This document shows, piece by piece, positions 52,201-64,000 of a stretch of 64,000 nt of DNA. The stretch covers positions 3,658,001 to 3,722,000 of the forward strand of contig OZ176058.1 in assembly GCA_964247055.1 (NCBI GenBank), read 5' to 3'. Below the pieces are notes generated by a model. That model was given only the letters and a program-made list of their open reading frames with translations. It ran no database searches and had not been told where the DNA came from. Origin of the DNA: Paragordius varius (Eukaryota; Animalia; Nematomorpha). The translations under genes were made by a program, and so were the position numbers. Position 1 is the first letter of the stretch. Each line of letters opens with the position of its first letter.

Positions 52201-55200
52201 ACAAATGCTTTTTCTCAAGATAATACGCATTAATCAATGATTTATGAAATAAATAAAATTAATGAATTACTATTCTGGCCCTTTGCTATATTTTATCCAA
52301 AATTTTTGAATAATCCTAAACGATACATTATCCAAGACCAATTATTTTAATTACATAACTAATTTTTAAACATATTTAGCTTGTGATAAAAAGGGTAAAT
52401 ATTGAAATTTTACAGTAGAGTATGTAAAAATTAAAAGGAAAATATTTTTTTAAAAGACATCCATTATTCTAAAATTACAATTTAGAAATAGTAATTACTT
52501 TGAATAGATATTTCTTATTTTACTAGCTATAATGATTTTTTATTGAAAAATCTAGTAAAAATGTATGACTGTTTTCAAGGGGATATTTGTCTTTTAATTT
52601 GACATTATTTTAAAATTCTTTATTATAATATTAATTAATGGCAATTCGGGAAGATGTCAAAGCTTTAATATATATATATATATTATTTTGAGAAATACGA
52701 ATAAAAACCCAAATTATAAGGAATCGATGATAAACATTTTTCATAAAAATATACTAGTATAACCATATTTAAAAGCAAAAATATTAATTTAACTTATATA
52801 TGTTTGATTTTGGACCATGGCAAAAAGGGTAAAATGACTGCAAGCCGACATTATATCAAAAAAACTTTGATAGGAAAACTGTTTTAATGCGTACAGTATA
52901 TTGAAGTATAATGAGGCAAAATCATTTAAGGATAAATTTACAATATTCTTATGTATACAGAATAAATCTTGTTCCTTATCTTAAAAGATTACAGGATTCT
53001 TTCGTCTTTAAAATAATATATATTAATTAAACAGTAAAAACTGAATTATACGGAAAGACAATTATATTTTATCAAAATACAAGCATACTTTTTAAAACAT
53101 TAATTTTTGCTATATAAAATTTAATTACAATCGTAAACTCATTCTAATTTGCAATTTAAATTATCAGTTATATTCAAAAAAAGATTCAAAAAATATGGTA
53201 GTCTTTTAAAAATATTTGTATTATATTTTACTTTTTGTCCGTATAATTTCAATTTTACTCTTTATATTTATATATATGCGTGAAAACAATTTTAACAAAC
53301 GAATCTTTTGATTAATTGGGTTAATAGTTAAATCGTCATTGAATTTGGAAAAAGTGATTTAAGATTGTGGTTGTTCTTACAAAGCTTTAGAAATACTTGA
53401 ATACCTATACAAAATAAAGCAAAATTGTTTTTCATCGCCTATCTCTGGCTCTTATGATTTTTTAAAATTTTACCCTTTTTTTATCGGGATAAATGTTATC
53501 AGTCTTTTGGGGCTAATTCTAAAAAAATTTGATTTTTAGCTTTTTAATAATTTTGCTATATATTAACAAGGCCTTTTAGTTAAATGCCTTTTATAGCAAA
53601 AAATCAAAAGGTGCTTACTACTTTTTCATATGGACAATTACGATAAGATTAGATATATATCTTCCAAATAACTTGTATCCCCGAATCAAAATTGAATTAA
53701 GAATGCTGATATATTTTCTATCAGAATATTAATATTTCAGCAGGATATTTTATTTGTTTTAAGAAGAGAAGTAAGTCTCTAAATAACTCCTCTGCCCCAA
53801 AACCAAAAGCATAAAAAATCGCGATAAAGTAATAATTGGACCTCCTATTTTTGTCCTTTATATATACAGTAAAAAGTGAAATTATACGGACAAAACGTAT
53901 AAATATAAAGATAAATACTAAAAGACAACCATACTTTTTAATTCTTAATTTATTTCATTATCATTTTTTTAAACTCCAAATAGTGAAATAGAGATATATA
54001 TCACTAACACAATCTTATCTATAATTTACGATTGTATCTAAATAGCATATTGTCTTTTAGATAAAAATATTTGTCTTTATATTTTTACCTTTTGTCCGTA
54101 TAATTTGAATTTTTACTGTATTTATACGTTAATTGTGGACAAGATTCAGCAATAATTATTATATGAAATATTTCCCATTTAGATGTTTCTGACATATCCT
54201 AGCATTTATCATGCACTAAAAAGTGAGAACAACTGAGGACTAAAATATACATTAACCTCATAATATTAACCTCATTGGCTCACAATTATTAACAAAAGTA
54301 CCATTTCAATGCATGCCCCTAATCAAACCATTAATAATAAAAATCAAAATCAAAATAAGCACTCCAAGAATGTTTCAAATATCCGAGCTTATGCAAGGAA
54401 AAATGGATGGTCTACGCCCATACACCCCTTTCAAATCCTTGCTTGGGTACTCACGCTCTTTTTTGGCATCATAGTTTTTGGTGTTTTGTGTGCCTCTTAC
54501 CCTCACCCCTGGAACATTATCTTTTATATTGTAAGTTTTATTTTATTTTTTTCAAATCCCGCTGAATAAAATCGGTAGAGTATTTATATAAGGGTAATTG
54601 GTGATTAATAAAGTGTAAAAAATTAAAAACATTTTTTATTAGTGTAAGTATGTTTTCAGTTTTTGTAGCCTCTTTATAATACCTATATTTTAATTGAAAA
54701 AAATTCAATAGAATGTAAGACAAAACACAAAAATGGAAAGGAATTATAAAATAATCCATATTTTTTAACAAAATTTAAACATAATATCGCTTAATTTAAT
54801 CATATAATTTATATAATACGAATTAAGGATTCAAAAATATAGTTTCGTCAAAATTTCAGCTTTTTTTCCATGTTTTATCTTAATTTTAGCGAAAATAGGT
54901 TATAATAATGACTGATGACCATAAAAGACGACATTTATAAGGCAATTTTTATAATTTGAGAATCAGTCAAAATATAGTTTTGACGTTTACAATTTTTATA
55001 AATTCTTCATTGTGACCTTTAATTACAGTAAAAACTGAAATTATATGGACCAAAACCTAAAAATATAAAGACAAATATTTTTTCCTAAAGATAACCTTAC
55101 TTTTTAAATCTTGATTTATTCAATACTCATTATTTTATGGCAAAGTCTTATATAGAGATATACATTATTAACACAATCAATTCTTTATTTTACAATTGTA

Positions 55201-57931
55201 ACTCAATAGCTTATATGAGAAAAACTAAGGTTTTAAAAAGTATAATTGTCTTTTAGATAAAAATATTTGCCTTAATATTTTTGCGTTTCGTCCAGAGTGT
55301 TATTTCAATTTTTACTGTAGTGTATATATAAAAAATTTAATCTATATTAGTTGATGGCTATCTTATTTTCAATCGTTATTGGTTCGATGCTGTGGGCTAC
55401 GAGCAAGGACCCGGCTGATCATAATGTTAAAGAAGAGATTAGTGTCATACTAAATAATACGCAAAATAGTAATAATAATATTCTGGATCAAGAGATCACA
55501 TTTTCCAATTTGGATATCAACCGATTAAGTTTGCCGCGTAAAGCAATCATTGCATTTAAAACTTGGATAGCTCAGGTATATTTATATAAACGATGTGCAA
55601 ATTTAGATTCAAATAAATTATTTTAAATGGGTTGTGCCAATACGCATTCCTAGTTATAAATTTTTATTTTAAATATTATAAATATAGTTTGAATAATATA
55701 AAAAGCAAAATCAACTTCTTATTATTTGAATGTAAAAGCTTTATATTTTTTTAAATAAAGTTTTTGTACTATAGATTAGGTAACATGTATTTCTTCAACT
55801 CAGTTACGAACGCGTTAATCAATGTTATTAATCAAAATAGTGTGCGAAAATTTAGCGTTTGACAAAAATGCTTTGGGATCATTACTTTAAAATCCCCGTA
55901 TAAAAATTTAAAGATTGCCTTTGATTTTTCTTCAAATTTGATTATTTTAGAGCATTTTATAAAAGTCGAAGCATATTTGAACATAATTAGATAGATTTTT
56001 TTGCAATTATTGATTTGCAATGCAGCCAATTTCACCTTACATAATATATAACGAACCAAAAACAACTCTCAAAAAATGAGGCTTACCTAGTTTTTCCATT
56101 CCAAGGCTAACGGGTTTACTTAAAAATATGAAAGTTAGAGGATTATTTGACCCATTTGTCACATTATGCATGTAAAGAAACTACTCTTAAATCTTTTTTT
56201 CAAAGAACAAGTTTAGTTGAATTATTAAACATTGTAAAACAAATAAAAGATTTTAAATTATATCAAAACATTAAATTTAAACAAAGAAATTTTTGATCAA
56301 CTATTTTTAGAACATAACTCAAAAGAAGACTAAAATAAAACTACCTCGCCAAGTGCCTAAACTTGATGTTCAAAAGTTTCCACATCCAATCATAAAAATG
56401 AGGGACCTCAAAGAACCTTCTCCCACTATGCAACCAACCACTGAAAGCAATGGTCACATTGTGGATAAAGGTTAGATAGATATGAAAATTATAAAACATT
56501 TATCCATAAAAACCCTCGATTCCATTTTAATAATCGATATAGCTTTTAGATGACACAAATAAAAAACTTTTTATTTTTTAAAATCTTAAATCTCATGAAA
56601 ACAGTAAATTCACTACGCCTTAAACTAAATCAAAAAAGGTTTATACTCATTAAGCATTGATATGCTCAATCTATAAAAAATTATATTTATACAATTTTCT
56701 TGCGGGAAAAAGGAAACCATCCAAATAAAAACTTGATTCCATTTTTATATTCTTCAAAAATGCTGTATATTTTATAATTATTTTTTCTATCTTTCAACCA
56801 TAATATATATATATATTTGCCAATTGTTTTAACGATTTAACAAAGTTATATGTTCGGTAAATATATGGATGTACAAATCTATCCATTAAGATAGACTCAA
56901 TATCACAATAAATCAAATATGTATTTTAATATCGCCTTGGGGTAATGAAGTGCTGACAAAAAACTGTATTGAATATCACAAATAAAAATATATGCTTTGT
57001 AATTATTGTTTTTTAGGTCAATTTCAATCTATATGATATATATATCATATCATATTATATTGTAATTTAGAATCAACGCTCATGTCACAAGAATCTCAAC
57101 AAATGTCTCAAATGCCGACCACGAGTCAACGTATTCAAACTTTAAAACCAAAAAAGCTAAAAACAGAGAAATCAAAGTCAAAAACGGAAAATTCTTATGG
57201 AGGCGAAGGAGAGGATGATCAGAAATCAGTGTATTTCTGTAATTTGTGTGACGTTTATGTGTCCCCAACATCAAAACATTGTCGCCAATGTAATAAATGT
57301 ATCGTGGGTTTTGACCATCATTGCCGATGGCTAAATAATTGCGTGGGTTCCCGTAATTACAAAGCTTTTTTGATTAGCGTAATTACTTCTTTCTTGGCGG
57401 TAGCCTTAATTTTTATCCTTTCACTCCTGGTAGTTTCAGTCTATAGTGCAGTCAACAATAGCCATAGACAGGTGCTACACATATTATAATAGATTTCTAT
57501 GCATTATTTTTTGTTGTATAAATCAATCGTTTATGTTGTAATTGAAGGTTTTGCTAAAGTTATGTAGCTGTATTTTCAAATATCTCTTTTTTACTTGTAT
57601 ATGATTATTGATTATTATAAAACTTGTTTTGTAAAATCAACTAACAGTATAAATTGAAATTATACGGACAAAACGTAAAAATATAATAAACATTTTTTTC
57701 TAAAAGACGACCATAATTTTTATATCTTCATTTTTTTAAATATAATTGATGCTATTATTATACTGAAAAGATAATAGAAATCTAAATTCATATACAATCA
57801 ATTAAGTGCGTTACGATTGTAATTATATGATTTTTATAGGATAAATTAATTAACAAAGTATGGTCGTCTTTTGTAAAAAAATATTTTTGCCTTAATATTT
57901 TTTTGTCCGTATATAGTTTCAGTTTTTAATG
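43285..57931. mobile_element. Dense cluster of ~250-300-bp Tc1/mariner-type MITEs (family A): 43285-43560, 44129-44407, 44625-44894, 45659-45947, ~46310-46560, ~46705-46973, 47128-~47390, 47447-47732, 48235-48522, ~49870-50144, 50942-51223, 51657-51941, 53032-53260, 53867-54118, 55026-55317, 57645-57931
   Basis: Consensus TA|CAGTAAAAATTGAAATTATACGGACAAAACGTAAAAATATAAAGACAAA..AAGACAACCATACTTTT ... AAAAGTATGGTTGTCTT..TTTGTCTTTATATTTTTACGTTTTGTCCGTATAATTTCAATTTTTACTG|TA. CAGT termini plus TA flanks are characteristic of Tc1/mariner. No coding capacity. Confidence 0.9.
47770..48640 (-). mobile_element. Decayed RTE-clade non-LTR retrotransposon fragment (post-RT C-terminal region), interrupted by family-A MITE 48235-48522
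   Basis: Minus-strand translation across stops and frameshifts gives, in the correct order: KISINDTSPKNITRRIEMA; IFPVM; YSCES*; KIKAIELWIYK*; MLGIQ*EQKITNDKILE; FGHVMRADNLEK; MLGPVEGVRKHGR. These match the RTE/BovB motifs EIKRR, FPVVMYGCESW, ..ELWC.RR.LR..W, GH.MRR.DSLEKTLMLGKIEG.RRRGR. Confidence 0.85.
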
Positions 57932-58742
57932 TAATTTTTTATAATTTATGCAAGGTACCCCTTTTAATATTCTTTATAGGATGTAAAAAATTTTGCGTAT
58001 TATTCTGTAAGGTAATGAAGGGATAATAAATTTGTCAAAACTATTTCCGTATAGATTGGATATCTCTTTCGTGGGCCAGCTATTGAGGATTGCATATTCC
58101 TGATTCATATTAAGGAACATTTTGGCGTTCGCTCCCGTTTTTCCATTACGAATGTCAGCAATTTTGAGAAATTCAATGCCAGTACCTATCAAAAATATAG
58201 GCGGATTATAGATTTGCCCTTCCTTCGATACTATCTTAGCGGTCGTCGACTGTATCAAAACTGTTTTGATTCTTTTCCAACCAGCAGTAATTATTCCCAT
58301 AATACAAATCTTACCAATGGTAATTTAAATGTTAACTATGGTAAAACGTTGGAACCCCAAACTTTTATACGTTTTTTAGTCCCAAGAGCCAATGTGTCCA
58401 GGGAATTTACCAATTATTTCCACATATACCAGCGAGACATTTCTCAGGACCTTTCAAAGCTTAATGATGACAATAATGCTATCCAACAACATGAAGAAAA
58501 TGGTTTGATAGTATCTTTAATGACATCGTCCGCAAAAAAACGTATATTTTATAAAGTTAAAACTATTTATTTGACAAACCACCATTCAAATATAAACCTC
58601 TAAATAACTTGGCTTATGGGGGTCATCATGGATTTCTCATAAGGTTTTTTAAAAGGGGTTATGATGCGAATTTTGAGCCATGCATCCCATATTCGGTATG
58701 ATTATTGGTTTAAAACTAAAGGGTTAGGTTTAATAATCTAAT

Positions 58743-58780
<38 letters not shown>

Positions 58781-61700
58781 TGTGTTCAAATAACTTTTAA
58801 CAAAAATTTTTTCACGAGATAGTTTATAATTTTGCCATACAAATTTTTATTTGTTGACGACCTAGTTTTTAAAATATTAAAAGAAAATTGAAAGTCGACA
58901 AAAAGTGAAAATTTAGAATAATTAAAAATGATAAATCTGAGATATTAAGATTTAAAATAGCCTATTATATAGTTAGGGTTTTTATTTTAACTCAGATTAA
59001 ATATTCTGTCTATAAGCTTAATTTTTTTAATTCTTTACTAGCTAAGCTCATTATTAAAACCTTAACATTTATATTTTATATAAAAATAACTTATTTATTA
59101 AAATTAATAAAATATTGTTTTTCGTTTTTTCATTTTTCTGTCATTTGGTTTTATGAGTGTATAATATATTTACTCTTTTATTTTGGAATCTTACATGAGC
59201 CGGAATCACAAAGTATATAAACTATAACAAAAAGGGGTTACATTTACGGTAACGTTTTAACACATATTAATATTTTTATGGTATATATATATATTTTGGT
59301 TAACATTCCACTACTTGTAAATCCTTTTTTGTAATAATTTATATACTTTGTAATTCTCAAGTGTGATTCCAAAATAAATATATTATACACTCATAAACCA
59401 GATGAACAAAAAAACGAAAAACAATATTTTATTTATTTTATATAAGTATTTTACTGTATAAAATATGAATATTAAGATTTTAATAGTGAGTTTAGATAGT
59501 GAATAATTTAAAAAAATTAGTCTATTATAGTAAATATGTCTAAGTACATTAATAGAAAACCCCCATTTTTGGTCTGAATTTTGTTAAAAACCCTAATTAG
59601 GGCAAATCAATTTCCTGTTCATATTTAAAATTACCCTCATATTGCACACAGTGATATATTTATATATGTGTATCGTTTTAAAAAAATAACAGTATTACCA
59701 TTGAATATGTCTCTTTGTAAATTCATCTTTACTCTATTTTCTATATAATTATGCCTTGTATGAACAGAAAACCTTTCTATTCCACTGACCGAAATGAACA
59801 ACGGAACAAATAAGGAAAATGTTTCTCAGCTAATGGAAGAAAGATGGGCCCAACTCAATGATTTTGAGGAAGCCATCCAAACCCAATTTGCAACGTTTTT
59901 TGGGCGTCGAATTTTTGTGACTTCTTGGATGGCCATACTTATAGTTTCAATGCTTTTGAGTGCGATCGCTTGTATTGTGTTGTGCCATTTACTCTCCTTC
60001 CATATATATATCAGTAAGTAATATTGATGTCAATTATGTTAAACTTCAGAGATTTTTTTATAAAAAAAGACGATTCTACTTTAAAATCTTAATATATCTT
60101 ATACAAGCTGTGTAATTACAATATATGAAACATATAATATAGTGTGTAAACATTCTATATCCCTATTTCCATTTTTTGGCTTAAAACTATAAATGGTACA
60201 TTTACAGCGTTTCAAAAAGTATAGGTTTCCTTTTTAAAATATTTTTTTCTGTATATTTTTAATTTTAACTGTATATGTAAGAAATGCTGAACTTAGGTTA
60301 AAAAACGGAATGATATAAATCCCATTTTTGGTTTCATAAGCGAAAAGATAAATGTTATGTACTACTGCAGTGCTATGATCGGTTACAAATTTAGGTTTAC
60401 TTGGGCTAAAAAAATTAGTTAAATTAAACAAAATTGATTTTAATTTTAACCGCGGTTGCATATTTACAAGGGGTTAGAGCAGTATTTTATTAAAAAAAGA
60501 TTTATATTATTGTAATTATAAATGCATTTAAGGAATATACAGTAAAAATCAAAATTATTAATAAGCCAAACATAAAAAGGAAAAGAATAAATGTTTTTTA
60601 TGATGAAAACGAATCATATTCTCGCTTTGGATTAATATATACGATGTAATAATTTGAATAAATTAAAAAAATATATGTTTCGCTCTATATTAGTCTTTAA
60701 AAGATATCTATTAACTGAAAATCAAATTTAGGTATGTTTCGGTTAAAGATATGATTAAAATTATTCACGGAAGATATAACATAAAACATATTTTTTTCAA
60801 AAGACCGACATGCTTTTGTAAAGCTTGGTTTCAGTCATAAGCAACATTTTTCAAGCAAACGCAACATTTTTGTTTAATGAAACGAAGCATTTTCCCCACA
60901 AAGACCAATGAAAAAATGATTCGTTTGCTTGAAAATGCGTTTGGTTGAAAAAAGTTGTCTTTGCTTAAAAAAATGTTGCGTTTTGAAAAAATGATGCTTT
61001 TGACGAAAAATGGTTTATTTATAATTTGAATAAATTATTGTGTATGATTATAATTACATTTCTAATTAGTAAGGTTTTAATAAATAAACATTTCAAAAAT
61101 AAAACTCTAATATTTTTACAATCTGTCTGGATAATTGAATTTTTACTGTTATTACTTCCCGTAAATATTTTGTTACTTTTTCAACTTATAATAAAATCTA
61201 TTTAACATTGTTGTGTAGATTACAAAGGAATTACTACATATGAATATATAAAACAAAAACAAGCAGAATTTTTCGGAGACAACCAAAATAATATCGCTAT
61301 AAGGAGCAATTCAAATCAATTACCTCGTCATGAATCAAACAAAACTAATGTCTTAAATAATAATCTGCCAATTGTCAAGCCAGAACCTAGACGAGATATC
61401 GTTGAAAATGCAACTAATATTAATATACTGCCAGATATTAAGACACTAAAAGCACAAACTTTGGAAGAAACTAAGAACCCCGGAAAAAAGTGTCAATTTC
61501 AAACTACCAATCACACAGTTTTGCAAGACAAAACCCTTTCCGGCAATCCGAATTTAACAAATTTATCTAATGGTGAAAAGGATTCAAGCATCATAAACAC
61601 CAAAAATATGGAACAGAAAGAAAATGGGAATGAGTCATATTATTTCTTTGAAGATAATCCACAACTTAAAGAATTAGATCCAAAGTTTCAAAAGATTCAA

Positions 61701-63059
61701 ATGGAGAAACGGAAAAGTATAAAGCAAGAACCGATGATTACGTTAAACACCGGCGATAGCAAACAATCTCAAAGCACTAAAAAATTATTGAATTTGTCGT
61801 CACGACCTAAAAGCGTTAGAAAGAAGGTTCATGAACTAGAACCCCCTAAAACTACCGAACCTCAAAATTTAACACCCTTATCTAATTCTAACAGTTCTAC
61901 AGCTAATAAGGCTAGAATGATTAAAGCCAATTTTGAAGCCCTTAACAAGGTTCCTGAATATTTTTCTTCCTATTATTTTTTTGAAGGAGGGCCCTTAATG
62001 CAAGAATTGGAGCATCAAGAGACACTCAACACCAAATCAGGAATCTCTCCAAAAACAAATAACAAAGAAGAAACGGCCGAATATTATTTCTTTGATGATA
62101 ACCCAAACTTGAAAGAGTTAAATCGAAAAAAGGATATTACCAAAACGCAATCCAGTCTTAGTAAATCTAAAAAAGAAACGGGTGACCTTGACACTATCAC
62201 AAATGTGAAAGAATCCGAAAACAAAGCTATTTCCATGGGTTGGGATAAAATAACATCTTTTACCGAATATCAAAAGCAGCGGGGAGACATACTTGGATTA
62301 AATAGTTTTTCACCCAAATATTCTGCGGCAAATAAAACTAACCATGCAGAACCACTAAAAAGTCCCATGGAAGTTCCTAAATACTTTGAGGATACATATT
62401 TGTTTGAGGGAAAAGAACCAGAATCCTATACACTTTCCACTATAAATCGTGTTAATAAAGATGACAAAAGTACAACAGACGCATTCACCGTTAATTCTAA
62501 ACCACCTGTCATCAGCCATATTAATAAGAAAAAGCATGTAAGTCTTGTAGATGATATTGAAAATAAAATGATTGCTCAAAATCAAGTAATGACCGATGAC
62601 CCCCCTAAATCTATTCCCGTCAATAATATAACTAATAATAATAAAAGAAGTAAAACACATAAAATTATACAGAGATCATTCACACATCATAATATGTTAA
62701 AAAATGGGACGAAACCAGCTCCATCCTTGAAACTTTCCAGCACAGATAACCCCTATGATGCATCTTACACTGGTAATATATTGCCTCAAACATCTCTAAG
62801 TAATGTCAGCATCACAGGAGAGAGCAGTAATATTTTTAATTTGCCGACTACTACAAATAATTTTCAAGCAATCATCACACCTATTAGCCAAAGTAATGTC
62901 TCTCCTTCGGTGGAAAATACGGAATTTGCTTTACCCCGAAAACATAAAAACTCCGCCTGGATTCTTAAACGCCTTAGTGATGGTCAAATGAATAAAGTAG
63001 GTCCTTCCATGGTTGAAGAACAATTCAATCAGCATCACAAGAGTGAAATTTTACTTTAG
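54309..63059 (+). CDS. ZDHHC1/11: DHHC palmitoyltransferase, ZDHHC1/ZDHHC11 type, 8 exons: 54309-54530, 55351-55575, 56311-56470, 57071-57471, 57980-58006, 58055-58502, 59768-60013, 61219-63059; ~1189 aa
   Basis: [18 protein letters not shown]-terminal motif typical of ZDHHC1/11; Cys-rich domain [42 protein letters not shown] (~57235-57360); TM4 ..[10 protein letters not shown]|[10 protein letters not shown] (TTxE motif). The GT-AG model sums to 3570 nt in frame. The exon 4 and exon 6 donors (GTGCTA, GTTTGA) are weak, so the internal boundaries are less certain. Confidence 0.85.
58780..59653. mobile_element. ~870-bp foldback-like element with long imperfect inverted arms in ZDHHC intron 6
   Basis: ~59040-59230 is the reverse complement of ~59310-59495. 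Outer ends are TA|CTGTGTTCAAA and TTGCACACAGTG. Related ends occur at ~1430-1555, ~11640-11770 and ~49720-49830. Confidence 0.7.
60838..61010. repeat. Family-C-derived palindromic remnant (also ~29200-29330)
   Basis: GCAACATTTTTCAAGCAAACGCAACA ... TTTGCTTAAAAAAATGTTGCGTTT arms. Confidence 0.65.
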
Positions 63060-64000
63060 GTTTTTGCCAAAGCGGACGTGAGATCTTTTTGTGTATAATT
63101 TTTTTTAAATTTTTAAAAAACGAATGTACATACTTTAGTCATTGACGTTTTCACAAATAATAATTCTAGTCGTTGCCATATTCTCCCCATGATTGCTCAT
63201 AGAATCTATAAATGTCAATTACAATCTATTACACCATTAATAATATAAAATTTTCATTTTCATTCTATTAATAAATGTGATAAATAATCCATAGTAAAAA
63301 GTAATATTAATATATATTAATGTACTATCAAAAATTCTTAAAACGAAGCGTGCACTATATATCACAGATATTTTAAGATAAATAATTTAAAAAGTTGTGA
63401 TATTTTTATAACATAAAATTTTTTTAAAATAAAAATTCAAGGCCAAAGGGCCTAATATATCAATTTAAGCTATTTAATTTGAAAGCAAGTTTCAAAAAAC
63501 AATATTTGTTTATTTTGGTGAATAAAATAAAAAGAGTATGGGCACAATTTCTCGCGTTTTATTTTCAGTCAATTGAAAATTATTAAACCCATACAATACG
63601 GAGGCAAGTCTTACAAAACTTGATTTTTTGCCGAATTTTAAGGGAATCAACCCGTTAGTTTTGTAAAATATGCATTTATTTTTCCAAATAGCAGTAGATT
63701 TTGACAAAACAGATAATTAATTTAAAATACGGATCTCCAATAAGATGTAGCCTGTACATAAATCTTGATTATCTGCAAGTTATATACTTATTCTCAAATA
63801 CAAATAAAATTAATAAAATTTTAAAAAGGATTTATTTATAAACGGGTATCCAACACAAATGGTTTCCCGGAGAGCATTGCGAAATATATAGGTATAACCA
63901 AATATTTTATTAGATTTTAAACATAAGCCCGCAAAAAAACTAAATATTTTAACATTTCCCTAAAAGTCTTTTCAGAACATTTGTTTAGGATAATATATTT

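Noticed and set aside
57974-58300. 108-aa minus-strand ORF (also 62355-62660, 13310-13606, 57080-57274)
   Set aside because: These are antisense shadows of plus-strand exons with recognisable protein content.
1-64000. Autonomous transposase, tRNA, rRNA or snRNA genes
   Set aside because: No long DDE/D ORF, cloverleaf or conserved structural-RNA sequence was recognised by eye. A tRNAscan-SE/Infernal run would be needed to exclude them formally.

Overview
Very AT-rich (roughly 20-25% GC by eye, not computed), intron-rich eukaryotic DNA read with the standard code. It is most likely metazoan, because the genes and intron positions resemble animal orthologues; the species cannot be determined from the sequence. 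Four spliced protein-coding genes were reconstructed by hand, all on the + strand. Two are copies of a divergent profilin-like gene (2033-3291 and 12236-13472) carried on an ~10-kb tandem segmental duplication (1-~9775 vs 10007-~19770). The third is a 7-exon ELOVL fatty-acid elongase (24525-42929, 328 aa). The fourth is an 8-exon, unusually large ZDHHC1/11-type palmitoyltransferase (54309-63059, ~1189 aa). The rest is non-autonomous DNA-transposon families (Tc1/mariner-type TA-TSD MITEs, piggyBac-like, PIF/Harbinger-like, hAT-like), one decayed RTE LINE and tandem arrays. Most notable: (i) the 3' half of ELOVL exon 2 with its splice donor is tandemly re-copied four times in the next intron, and one copy is a complete phase-compatible AG..GT cassette; (ii) the ELOVL introns are filled with several different satellites, some built from MITE ends, that abut splice sites; (iii) the profilin-like genes appear to need 21-30-nt micro-introns; (iv) identity between the duplicated blocks is patchy, as expected from gene conversion, while every coding difference is non-synonymous; (v) the DHHC enzyme has an ~200-aa sequon-rich insert before TM4 and an ~600-aa tail with a repeated YYFF[ED]xxPxLxEL motif. 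No tRNA, rRNA, CRISPR array or intact transposase was found. Most short ORFs in the supplied track are repeat-derived artefacts.
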